Shown in pieces: positions 24,712 through 36,750 of a stretch of DNA of 64,000 bases (positions are counted from its first letter, which is position 1; every line of letters starts with the position of its first letter). Both the position numbers and the translations under genes were made by a program. The DNA comes from Mobula hypostoma (Eukaryota). The stretch covers positions 13,206,001 through 13,270,000 of the forward strand of contig NC_086097.1 of assembly GCF_963921235.1 (NCBI RefSeq). The letters are read 5' to 3'. Below the pieces are notes generated by a model. That model did not search any database. It had not been told where the DNA came from and was given only the letters and a program-made list of their open reading frames with translations.

Positions 24712-25463
24712 TTTAATTTACGTTATTTTTTGTATTTTTTTTCCTCACGGTAACACGTCGAAGCTGCACCCTCTCTAACATGCCAGTAGAGAGAGTTTTA
24801 TTTGGGTTTTCTTTAGCGCTGGAAATGGTTACATCCTGACACACGGGACAGAAGCAAGGTCGCATTGTGTATTCCATGGACCAGCAAATACCGACCGGTT
24901 TAGCGAGCGGAGCAGCGGACACCCCTGCTGAAATCCGGAGGAAAACACATAGAGGATGCAGAGGGGGATCACAGAGCCGAGGAAAAAGGAACGGGTCGAA
25001 ACAACAGAGACTTTTGGAGAAGAGGAGTTCAGTGGGTAATACCGTTCCGGCTGACCGGAAGTGCTCTGAGAGCGGTAAGCGTAAAGGAGTTAGGTGCTTA
25101 CTGATCTGGTTAACAACAGATGGTGCAATCCGGGGCATATTACGATCGAGGAACGTGTTTGCAGACTGGATATTGAACTTTTTACTGTTGGACTTCGGCC
25201 ACATTCCACCGTGATACAACACTTGGCGGCACGGGAGGTCGTTCCTGCCTGTGGCCATCGAACGTGCAGCTCCTCCCGTGGAGGGTCAGACACCCTGAGC
25301 CAATAGACTGGTCCTGGACTTATTTTCCATCTGGCATAGTTTGCATTTTGTTGTTTGATTGTTGGGGGTTTTTGTATTGCTATATTTACGCTCTATTCTT
25401 GGTTGGTGCGGCTGTAACAAAACCAAATTTCCCTTGGGATTAATAAAGTATATCTATCTATCT
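24712..25463 (+). mobile_element. Internally deleted Rex1-like element (5' region, endonuclease scrap, 3' tail)
   Basis: PAEIRRKTHRGCRGG, ADRKCSESGKRKG, LVNNRWCNPGHITI..DIELFTVGLRP, then jump to tail gggattaataaagtatatctatctatct; CpG-rich. Confidence 0.7.
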
Positions 25464-26511
25464 TATTATTATCTATTGCAATGTACTGCTGTTGCATAAC
25501 AACAAATTTCACAACATATGCCTAGTATATAAACCTGATTCTAATTCTGTTTCTTCATCAGACGAATAAAACTAATACAGGATAGCACTCTGACCTATGG
25601 TAAGTACTGTAGGTTTACTTGACAACTTCTTTGTGTAATACATGATTCTTTCCCCCAGCTAAAATTGGTCCTAACCCTCTCTTGAACAAACTGAAGGACA
25701 CGGTACTTACCACACACTCCTCTTGCTTTCTGATTTAAACAGTGTGACAGCTGGCAGAACTACTACCTCACACAGCTCCATTGGACCAGTTTTAGTCCCG
25801 ATCTCCGGTGCTGCTTGTGTGCAATTTGCTCATTCTTCCTGTGACTTCTTTATCCCAGGTGATTCAGTTTCCTCCCATGTCCCAAAGTCAAGCCGGCTGG
25901 ATTATTTAATTTGCTACAAAATGGCTACTAGAAATTGACACTGGGGTGTCGATCGGTGGTAAAATGTGCGTGTGGATGAATGGAATTTGAGGAGAATGTA
26001 GTGGTATCCCCATAGGATTAGTTTAGATGGTTGTACAGTAGTCAGAACATAACTGGTATCTGGTGGGTTAAAGGTTTAAAGGTCCTGTTTCTGTCTGTAT
26101 GATACAATAGCTCTATTAATTACAGTGCAGTATCATAACATGATGTGCTCTACTCCAGTTGGGATCACTAACATGCCATCTTAAACTTCACAGGTGGTTG
26201 TGAAGAGCAAGATTATTCATTCAACCCAAATTGTTTTGGAGCTAATATGAATTCTGAGTCTTTGACCCAGCACGTCCTACTAAAACAGAGAAGCATATGA
26301 CCTATTTTTGTGGTTTCAACTATCATTTTATTATTCTCACACACCACCAGGTTCAGGAAAAGTTCTTACACTTCAACCATCAGGCTCCTGAACCAATGTG
26401 GATAACTTCACTCACCACAGTACTAAATGATTCCACAACCTTTAACATCACTTTTAAGGACTTCACAACTCATGTTCTCAATAGTATCTATTTATTTATT
26501 TATTTGTTTAT

Positions 26512-26754
26512 TGTTTTACAAATGCTTTGTAACTTGAAAATATTAAATTAATTCAAGTGAAGTTGGGAGTCCGAGAATATGGGTCTAGTTCAAGTTTACT
26601 TTAAGCGAGGTGCACATGTATCACGTGATAACATGATGATATATGCAATTAACACACTTAATCGGTAATTGATTATTTAAATAAACAAGATGCTTAATCA
26701 AACAATATATATACAAGATTACTCAAATATAATGAAAATATTAAATACATAACA
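26512..26754 (-). mobile_element. Probable solo LTR inside a LINE tail
   Basis: tgtt...aaca termini; flanks gtttat / atttat; interrupts the (ttta)n tract of the host repeat. Confidence 0.45.
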
Positions 26755-29700
26755 ATTTATCTGTTTATTTATTTGTTTATCTATTTATGTGTATTTGTTT
26801 ATTTATTTCTGATATGTTTTCTTTTGTATTTGCACAGTTTTCCTTCTTTTGTACATTGGTTGTTTATCAGTCTCTGTGTGTAGGTTTTCATTGATCCTAT
26901 TGTCTACCTTTGTATCTAAAATGAATGCCTGCAAGATAATGTATCTCAGGGTAGTGTATAGTGACATATATGTACTTTGTTAATAAATTTACTTTGAACT
27001 TTGAAAAATACTGCAGATAGTGGGAAAATGAAATAAAATCAGATGTTTGATATATCTTTCGTCAAGTCAGACAGCATTTAAAAGGCAAGCTTGAATTATT
27101 AGATGTTTCTCTTTACTCTGGTGCTGTCTGATCTGCTAAGTATTTCTGTTCTTAAACCACTTTTCCATTGAATAGGATAATATATATATTTATTTTCAAG
27201 GAAGAAATGGTTAACCTTTTAAGAAAGGTGTCCATTCCAAAAAAGTTAATCTGAAAAAGAAAAACTGCATTCTGACAAAAGGTTGCATCTTCTTACAGAG
27301 GATATACGTAAAGGGAAAATATTATTCATGTCTCTGGAGGTGTCTGTGCCTGCCCTGGGAGTGTCTGTAAAGAGCCTAATGACTTCACCTCTTTTGTGTA
27401 TATTTTCTGATGACAATTTAGTGGTTGGTGGCATTATTCCTCGTGATTTGGCAATGCAAAGGCTTTTCATCCAGTCCCTGGTGGTCTGTTTGGAGACCTA
27501 CACATATAATTGGGTCGCCTAGTGGAACAAGGGTTGGTGTATGACTGATCCCCAATGGTTAGGCAAGCGAAGGCAGGAAGAAATTTCAGTAGAGGTGGAA
27601 AATATCCAGTTGTTATATGACTATTTTCATGTTTGGTCTGTGAGAAAGTGTTTTCACTTCCAGGCAGTTTACTTTATTCAAGATCTTTCCAGTTCAAAGT
27701 AACTTTATTATCAAAGTACACATATGTCACCATATACAACCTTGAGATTCATTTTTCTTGCTCAATAAATCCAATAACCATAAAATAATCAATGAAAGAC
27801 CACGCCAACTAGGCATACAACCTCTGTGCAAAAGACAACTGAGCAAATACAAAAAGAAAGAAAGAATAATAAATAAATAAATAAATAAATAAATAGGCAA
27901 TAAATATCTAGAACGTGGGATGACGTGTCCTTGAAAGTGAGTCCGTAGGTTGCGGGAACTGTTCAGAGGAGTGGCAAGCGAATTTGAGTGAACTTATCCC
28001 CTCTGGGGCAAACTTACTATAATAAGTTCGTTGTCACAACATGCAAGCTATGCTTTTATCCAGTAAGAACATTGTAGAGACAATTACCAAGCAAGGCTAT
28101 ATCAATGGTCCAATGCGATCCAAAATTGTCCTTGCTGCATTGTCCAGAAAAGCAAGACAAGTGTCCAAGATGGTCCAGGTGAAATTGGAAATTGAATATG
28201 AAGGCAGTGGAAGATAATGGAACATGAGGAGATACTTCTTTGCTCAGATGGTGGTGAGAGTGTGGAACAAACTGCCAGTGAAATTGATAGATTTGGGTTC
28301 GATTCCAACATTAAAGAGAAATTTGTATAGCTACATGATGGGAGAAGTATGGAGGGTTATGGTCCAGGTGCAGATTGATGGGACTCGACAAATTAATAGT
28401 TCAGCACAGACTAACTGGGCCAAAAAGCTTGTTATGTGCTGTAGTATTCTATGACATTATAATTGTCAGATTCTATATGAATGCAAGAGTGCAGCAATAT
28501 TCTGGAGCAGCCTGAGGGAACGTGGAGGGCAGAATGTATCTAGTCTCCATCAGCTTATGCTGGTGGAAGGTACGTACCACTTTTATCTGTTTGTGTAGAT
28601 TTATGAAAGGTGACTATTCAAATATCTTTGGTTTATGAGCGTTGGAAGAATGCATCCAACCTTTTGTGTGAATTACGTGGCCAATATCTGTATGCTATGT
28701 TGGACGGAGCTATTGATTTGTATCAGAAGGTGTTACCATTTCAATCAAATTGGAAGATATATATAATTTTTCAACTCTCTGCTGGCTTAGCTGGTGGACT
28801 GTGCAAAATGTTTCTTTATTGGCTTGAATTGGCAGGGGCTAGAAATCCAATGTCTGCTGGCCTTGGTTTGCTGGAACCAGGCATCTTATGATTTATGCTG
28901 GAGGAAGTAATGTAATTGATTCAGGGACAGTCTGTATTGAGGCCTAAAGCCAATTCTTATAATGAAAAGGCTGGATTATTACCATAAAGCCAGTGGCCTG
29001 GCTATCCTGACACATGTCAATGCAGTATTTAGAGACCACATTCCAGTTTACGCTCACCAGATGTTTTATAGTGAAGTTCAAAAACTTTACCTTACAACAC
29101 AGAGGGGGAAAAGGATCAGAATCTGAATCAGGTTTATTATCACTGGCATATGTCATGAAATGTTTAGCTTTTTGGCAGAAGTACAATTCAAGACATAAAA
29201 GTACTATAATTTACAAAAACAAATAAATACTTTAAATAATGAATAATGAAGTAGCTTTAATGGGTTCATGGACTGTTCAGAAAAATGATGGCAGAGTGGA
29301 AGAAGTTATTGTCAAAGCATTCAATATGAGTCTTCAGACTCCTATACTTCCTCCCCCCCCCCCCATGAGGCTGATAAGAAGAGGGCATGTCCCAAAAGGT
29401 TCCCTAGTTAAGGAACTAACATATCAGGCTAAAGCTTGCTAGCTGTCAATAACATTTCCAAAGAAAATCACTAACCTTCAGCCATACAGATAGAAGTAAA
29501 TCCTGAATTTCAAGATTGTTTAGTGTCATTTCCAGTGTACAAGTGTAAAGGAGAACAAAATATTTGTTACTCTGGATCCAATGCAGCACAAAAAAACACA
29601 GTAAGATAAAAAACACCATAACACACACACAGTAAATATAAATACATAAGATAGCTATATACTTAGATTGATTGCATGTCTATAAAGTGACGCTTTGTCC

Positions 29701-29854
29701 AGGAGTGTCTAAACATAAGGTGACTGACAGGAAATGATAAAGTAGTAGTGGTGGTTGTGGGTGTGGAAGCATGCGTTAGTAGGTGGAGATAGTGATCACT
29801 CTTACTGCTTGCGGAAAGTGCCTGTTTTTGAGTCTGGTGGTCCTGGTGTGGCAG

Positions 29855-30120
29855 GGTGGAGATACATCCCTGCCAAAGAAGGTGTAGGGTGCTCCTCCCC
29901 TTCACTAACCTGCAGGTCACCCTTGGACAAGATGTAGCACCTGGTTAGCCCTCCGATCAGGCTCATGTGGAGCCATGGGAGCAAGAGGTGGATGATTGTA
30001 TGAGCATCTGGTGCCTATCACAAGTTCTGGGAAAATCTCTGAAAAGCTTTGATAATGGCTGGGTTCACTTGTCTTGTAAAGACATTGCCCAGAAGAAGGC
30101 AAATGCAAACCATCTCTGAT
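29855..30120 (+). mobile_element. SINE-like repeat; copies at about 58405-58590(+) and 59425-59760(-)
   Basis: Shared core cctgcaggtcacc(c)ttgg(g/a)caag(g/a)tgtagcacc in all three. Confidence 0.75.
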
Positions 30121-30189
30121 GAGTATTGGCTCAAGTTTGGGTCAATTGTCAAATTTTATTTGCAAAGGTCATTTTAATTTTAGTTGACA

Positions 30190-30460
30190 GGGCCACATTC
30201 CCTTGGTGTTGTGCTCCCCACTTCCCACCAACCCGAAAAGGACCACACTCCCTCAGTGTTGCATCCCTAACAGCAACACAGTCCCTCAGTGTCACACCAC
30301 TAACAGGGACCACACTCTGGCAGTGTCACCCCTCCGATAGGACCAAACTCCCTTAGAGTTGCCCCCCTGAGAGGGCCACATTCCCTCAGTGTCGCCCTTC
30401 CAACAGGACCAAATTCCTTCTGTGCCACTCCTCTGGCAGTGCCACAATCCCTTAGTCCCT
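30190..30460. repeat. Degenerate minisatellite, 33-bp unit, about 8 copies
   Basis: Unit like gaccacactccctcagtgtcgcccctccaacag; gives 11-aa periodicity in ORF 30300-30521(-). Confidence 0.85.
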
Positions 30461-31219
30461 CAGTTCCATGCCCCCCCCCCCACCCCAAGCAGGTACCACA
30501 CTCCCTCAGGTCATAATACACACAATAAACAGCACAGAATTCTTATGAAGTCCGTGCTTTCCTGCAGAATTTATTTTAGAGCAAAGCAAATCATGGTCCT
30601 TTCAGATGCTTTTCAAGGTGCACTTAGTGCAAAGGGGTCTGGCAAATACACACTTAATAATGGTTAACAAAGGATATTGTCATATCTGTAATCCTAAGAT
30701 CCACTCCATATATCAGTTTTAGAAAATCACTGTTTAGATAATAAGGCAGGATGAGTTAGCTGGGCCAGAAGAGTCTGTTACCAAGCTGTATCTCTAAGTT
30801 AATTAATTAATCAATTCTTTCTGGAGCCTAAACCAGTCAGGTAGCAGTAATACATCATAACACTGGCTAGAATCTTTGAATATGAAGAAGAAATCTGAAG
30901 ATTTAACATTACTGATCTGCAGAAGTTGCAACCTTTTTAGAGATAGAAATATCTTGCTTTAGAGTGAGGTAAGGGAGAGAATGGACTGGGCTTCTGGCCA
31001 TTCTGGCGTCGATTTGGCAATTTCCAAGGGTATTAGAAGGCTGGTGCCTCCATCAAGGGCACCAGGGGATTAGAACGTTACTTGACCAGTGATTAGGGGT
31101 GGGATGGAGAAGTGTGGAGAATGGTGTGTGAGAAAAGGTCAAGATATGGGCCAATCTCAGGTCATGTGAGAAATCAACTGATGGGGAATATATCAGAAAG
31201 AGGTGAATGATTATAGCGC

Positions 31220-31690
31220 GCAGAAAATGCTGGAGGAACTCAGCAGGTCAGTCAGTTCCTATGGAATGAATAAACAGTCAATGTTTTGGGCTGAGACACC
31301 TTTTCAGGGCTGGAAAGAAAGGGGAAGGAAGCCAGAATAAGAAGGTGGGGGATGAGGAAGAAGTGCAAACTAAAACATGATGGGTAAAGCTAGATGTGTG
31401 GGGTTGGGCAGGGGGGGTTGATGAAGTAAGAAGTTGGAGGTGAGGGGTGGAAATGAAAAGAGCCAAAGAAGAAGGAACCTGATAGGAGAGGAGATCGGAC
31501 CACGGGGGAAAAGGAAAGAGGAGAGGCACCGGGGGAGGTGGTATGCAGGTGAAGAGAAGCAAAGAGATAAGAGGGAGACCAAAGTGGGGAATGGAAGAAA
31601 AGAGAAGAGGAGGGGGGAAAATTATCAGAAACTTAAGAAATTGATGTTCCTGTAATCAGGCTGACAACTACTCAGACAGAATATAAAACT
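31220..31690 (-). mobile_element. Penelope-like 3' fragment
   Basis: aaaatgctggaggaactcagcaggtc terminus, decayed hammerhead near 31275-31310, purine-rich body. Confidence 0.7.
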
Positions 31691-31704
31691 AACAATAATA
31701 ATAA

Positions 31705-32945
31705 GAAGAAGAACTTCCGACAAAATTTAGTTCAAGTTTAAGAAAATCTGCCAAACAGAGCTCAATAATAAAAACGTAACAAAGGCAATAAACACCTTCA
31801 CTACATCCATATTAACATATCCTTTTGGCATCATATCATGGTCGGAAGCCAAGCTGAAATGGCAAATTTTAGAAAACACAATGTACACTTGAGTACACTT
31901 AGATTAACATTACCCAGGACTGAAGAAGGAAGAAGAATACAAACATAAAAGATTTACACAACAGTCAGATAAAGCTTTGAAGGATATATTGACATCAATG
32001 GAAACAGGATTTAGCACGCCATGCAAGCATTTCTAATCCTGATAAGAAATACACATCACTAAATTTAAATGGAAAATTGAAGATATTATCACCATTGAAG
32101 AAAAAGTTAACCAACATTACAGAAGAAACAATTAATTAATGGAAGAGCGTGACTCTCCACGAAAGACGTCCCTATGATCTGAGCAGACTAGGTATCGACA
32201 AAGTGTCAAATGCCTGGCTCTGAGTTGGAGACCTCTTCCCAGGAAAGGAGGGTTCCGTATGGCAGTACAGGACCGGGTGGTTAACACAAAACATATCAAA
32301 AATATGTAATAAAAATCCAACTAGTTCAGCTGATAAATGCAGAAAATGCTAAGGAAAGCCAGAAACAATTCAACACACTACAGAATCCTGCAGCAGTTTA
32401 ACTCAATCTGATTACTTACACAGGCACAATCAAGTGGCAAACGTCATTCACCAAAATTTTGTTTTAAAATACAACTCATAAAAGACACCATACCTTGCTA
32501 TAAATACAAGCCTGATCCAATTTTAGAGTCAGAGTCCTACAAATTATACTACAACCAATCCATTATTACAGAGAGGACAATCCATAATAACCGTCTGAAT
32601 ATAATATCACAGGGGAAACAAGCAAGAACAACTTGATATAGCCATCCCAAGCACGCACAGCATACAGAAAACAATAAGTGAAAAACACCACAAATATGCT
32701 GAATTAAAAGAGGAAATCGATAGACTATGGAACAGGAACAGGGTGTAGATTGTCCTAACAGTAATATCAACAACTGGGATCATCCCAAAAACACTACAAT
32801 AGCATTAAATAATTAGACCTACAGAGCAATATTTATGTAAATGCTAAACACCACCAGAAAAGACTGAAAGTTCCTAGCAATTGGGAACTGAGTGTGCTTG
32901 GCTATACCTGTACCTCCGTTTTACCAGCTTGAGCTGAGAAAAAAT
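31705..32945 (+). mobile_element. R4/Dong-clade LINE 3' fragment (degenerate)
   Basis: Manual translation: TKAINTF..ILTYPFGIISWS; CRKC.GKPETIQH..SCSSLTQSDYLHRHNQVANVIH; IHNNR.NII; KYAELKEEI.RLW; VISTTGIIPK. Confidence 0.8.
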
Positions 32946-32949
32946 ATTA

Positions 32950-33258
32950 AGGCATTCATTAGTCCTGTGAAACCATGGATGTGCACCTGGAAAGTCTTCA
33001 CTCTCCAGTGCACAGGCCTGGGCAGGGTTGTATGGAAGACCAGCAGTTGCCCATGCTGCAAGTCTCCCCTCTCCACAACACCAATCTTGTCCAAGGGAAG
33101 GGCATTAGGACCCATACAGCTTGGCACCAGTGTCGTCGCAGAGCAATGTGTGATTAGGTGCCTTGCTCAAGGACACAACACACATTGCCTCGGCTGGGGC
33201 TCGAACTCACAACCTTCAAGTCGCTAGTCCAATGCCTTAACCACTTGGCCACGTGCCC
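32950..33258 (-). mobile_element. tRNA-derived SINE with RTE-type 3' end
   Basis: Minus-strand head gggcacgtggccaagtggttaagg..gagttcgagccc (A/B boxes); flanking aaaaatat repeats; homologous to 38987-39292. Confidence 0.85.
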
Positions 33259-34242
33259 AAAAATATAATAACAATAATAACTTAATTATAGAGCACTTTC
33301 CATTCAGCCAATATAGTTCAAAGTGCTTCACAATGGGATAAAGGGCAAATTTGAAAATAAAAGACTTAAAGATATTAGTTAAAAGCAAGGTTAAATAAAT
33401 AGATCTGATGTTTACCTGGTGTTTAAAAGTATCAACTGAGTACGCATCTCTTACAATTTTAGGTATTGAATTCCACAGTTTAGGAACCTAGTTTAAAAAA
33501 GTTAACCTTATCTTTTGAGGGAGATTGTTTGAATTTAGGAGACCAGCAGAAGAAGAGCTGAGAACTTGAGCAGGATGATAAAATGAATGAGATTCATTTT
33601 AGCCCTGTCTGGCTGTATCATTGTGTAGTACAGAAGCTGCAAGGCATCCGACCACAAGACCCTACAGAGGACAGTAAAAACCACTGAGAGGATCTCCCCC
33701 TAATTGTGACATTTACCCAGAGTGCTGCAGATGAAGGGCCCAAAGCATTGGTGAGAATCCCTACCACCCATCCCACAATCTCTTTGACCCACTACCATCA
33801 GGAAGGAGGTACAGGAGCACCAGGACTAGGACTGCAAGACTGGGTAACAGCTTCTTCCCCCAGGCTGTGAAATTAACGAGTACCCTGCCACTACTGAAGT
33901 CTCGCCACTAGGACAATGAACTGTTTACTGTTTACCTGTGCTGTGCTTTATTACATGCAGTTTGAATTATATTTTATTAATGTATTTAGAGTATAATATT
34001 TTGTTTTATGTGCTGTGTGTGATATAAGTTTTGTGGGTGCACTGTGGTCCAGGGGAATGTTGTTTTGTTTGTTTATATGTGTGGACGGTCAGATTAGAAT
34101 CAACTTAAACTTGAATTTGATTCTCTGATGTGTTGCTCCTCCATCCTGAGAGTGGTCTCGTCGTGGTGTTAGAGGAGGCCATGGGCTGACATGTCAGAAT
34201 GGAATGGTGAGTGGAATAAAAAAAAATTTGAAAACTTTAGAG

Positions 34243-34323
34243 CAGGAGTTCCCTACCTGAGATCCAGGGACTCCATGCTTAATGGTGTTTGTCCACGTTA
34301 TAAAAAAATGTTGGGAACACCTG
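34243..34323. mobile_element. hAT-type MITE, about 80 bp
   Basis: TIRs caggagttccc / gggaacacctg; 8-bp TSD ctttagag on both sides. Confidence 0.85.
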
Positions 34324-34970
34324 CTTTAGAGAATCCTTACTCCTTCCAGTTTGATTAGATCACATCTTACTTCACTCCATAGCTGTGTTTACAATGTCTA
34401 CATTTCCTAAGGCAAACGGAAAGCACCTACCACATAGATGAAGCTTCCTTCTGTTGCTCCATCAATCTAAATGCATCCAAGGCTGGACTGTGACTCCCAG
34501 CTTCTTCATGCTGCTGCATACGTCTTGTATGGCCTTTCTTGGAATATGCTCTTCATTAAGACACAAAGAGCGCTTGGCTCCCAAAGTCTGCACTCTAATG
34601 AGGATGAAGTGGGTCTAAAATGGTCAAATATGAGTCAGCGACATCTACGTCATTCTGATCAATCCCTGAGCTATGCAACAAGTGCTGAACACATGTCCGA
34701 CAGCAGAGAGACCACAGCTGGGCTTAATCAGTGTGCAGATATCGGCACATCAGCATGGAAATAGGTTGAGCCTTGTATTTACTTGCCAAGATTACAAAGG
34801 AAATTCCCAAAGAGTTGCTCTGTAATTAAGACTATGGTGCAGAAATGTATGATAAAATGAATAGGTCCCTTGGAACACATCCTCAACGCCTGCAGTTTAA
34901 CAATGTGAGGTACAAAATAGTTGTTGAGCAGTGGAATGTTCAGGACTGATGAAGACTATTATATACTCAG

Positions 34971-35519
34971 TTGTTCGTCCATCGTACGTCAATGAGGACC
35001 TCGACACCATTATTGATGGTGTCGAGACCAGCGTGTGATTTGGATTTAAGTGAGGGAGAGTTGCGTAGCGTCAGCCTCACTCTCTCTTCCCAATTCCCAT
35101 CTGGGTCCAGTGGCAAGACAGAGTCGAGACGGCCGGAGATGGGACTAGGCGCAGTGGATGACCAGGACGCCTTCTGTGTCTTGTCCTGCTCAACACGTTC
35201 CACGACGCTTGCAGAGACCGCCTTCTTGACTGTTGGACCTTCCATTGGTCTCGTCCGCTCAATCCGCCGGAGTCTGTCTTCGCATGCTGGGATAGACAAC
35301 TCCCTATCTCACCCAGGATTTGAAACCCGTCGGCTACCCTCACCTTGTCGAAGCCGTTGCCCGGGGTGTGGCCGCTGTCGCATGCAAACAGCTACGGGGA
35401 GCCACAGCTGAGAGCCGAGTGCCAGGTGGGGACCAAAGGTGGACTAACCGCCTTAAAAAGGATGCGACATGTTCCCCCACCAGAGGTGCTACCCCTCCCT
35501 GACACCCCATACACCCCAT
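34971..35519 (-). mobile_element. Bipartite non-autonomous RTE-derived element
   Basis: CpG-rich; TSD tactcag (34964-34970, 35520-35526); minus 3' end gatggacgaacaa; inserted in a Tc1-type TIR fragment (actcagcagccactttattagg). Confidence 0.65.
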
Positions 35520-35749
35520 TACTCAGCAGCCACTTTATTAGGAACCTCCTGTACCATGAGCCAGTCCTCGTCACAATCAGAGGTGGAATGGGTCAGCAAC
35601 ATTAAATTCCTCGGTGTTATCTTTCAGAGGACCTGTCCTGGGCCCGGCATGTAAGTGCAATTATGAAGAAAGCACGGCAGCATTCTTAGTAGTTTGCAAA
35701 TATGCAGCGTGACATGTAAAACCTTGACAGACTTCTCAAACTTCACCTT

Positions 35750-36750
35750 CTGCAGGTGGTAAGAGTGGGCTCCCTCACCTCCACCCCTCTGACTCTCAAC
35801 ACAGGAGCTCCTCAGGGCCATGTACTAAGTCTCCTCTTTCACTCTCCGCATACCCACGACTGTGTCGCCACCCACTAATCTGTTAATTAAATTTCCCAAC
35901 GACACTACATTGATTGGCCTAATCTCAAACAATAATGAGGTGGGCTACAGGGAAGAAGTCATCTCTCTGACACAGTGGTATCAAGGAAGCAACCTCTCCC
36001 TCAATGTCACAAAAACAAAGGAGGAGTTACAGAGGAGTAACAAAGGAGGTATGGATTACCGGAGGAATGGAGGCATGCTAACCCCTATTGACATCAATGG
36101 ATCTGGGGTTGAGTAGGTAAACAGCTTTAAGTTCCTCAGCATTCACGTCACCAAGGACCTCACATGATCTATACACACCAGATGTGTGGTGAAAAAGGCG
36201 CAACAGTGCCTCTTTCACCTCAGACAGCTGAGAAAGTGTGGTATGGGCCCCCAATCCTAAGAACTTTCTACAAGGGCACAATTGAGAGCATCCTGACTGG
36301 CTGCATCACTGCCTGGTATGGGAACTGTACTTCCCTCAATCGGAGGATTCTGCAGAGAGTGGTGTGGACAGTCCAGCACATCTGTAGTTGTGAACTTCCC
36401 ATGGTTCAGGACGTTTATTAAGACAGGTGTGAGAAAAGGGCCCGAAGGATCATTGGGGACCCAAGTCATCTCAACCACGGTCTATTCCAGCTGCTACCAT
36501 CTGGGAAATGGTACCACAGCATAAAAGCCAGGACCTACAGGCTCCGGGACAACTTTTTCCACCAGGCCATCAGACTGATTAACTCACATTGGTTTGAGTG
36601 TATGTCAATGTTACACTGACTGTCTAGTTATTATAAATTATTATAAATTACTATGATTGTTCATTTCACATTTAGATGGAGACATAACATAAAGATTTTT
36701 ACTCCTCCTGTTTGTGAAGGATGTAAGAAATAAAATCAATTCAATTCAAT
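35750..36750 (+). mobile_element. Rex1/Babar 3' fragment, same family as 21345-24540
   Basis: LLIKFPNDTTLIGLISNNNE, TFYKGTIESILTGCITAWYGNC; tail tcaattcaattcaattc. Confidence 0.88.

Noticed and set aside
28470..28569. Open 100-nt stretch ending in GAAG|GTACGT
   Set aside because: Acceptor lacks a pyrimidine tract and abuts a CR1 tail; peptide unrecognised.
30190..30460. CRISPR-like array or repeat-protein ORF
   Set aside because: Units are contiguous and degenerate with no unique spacers; eukaryotic context, no cas genes.
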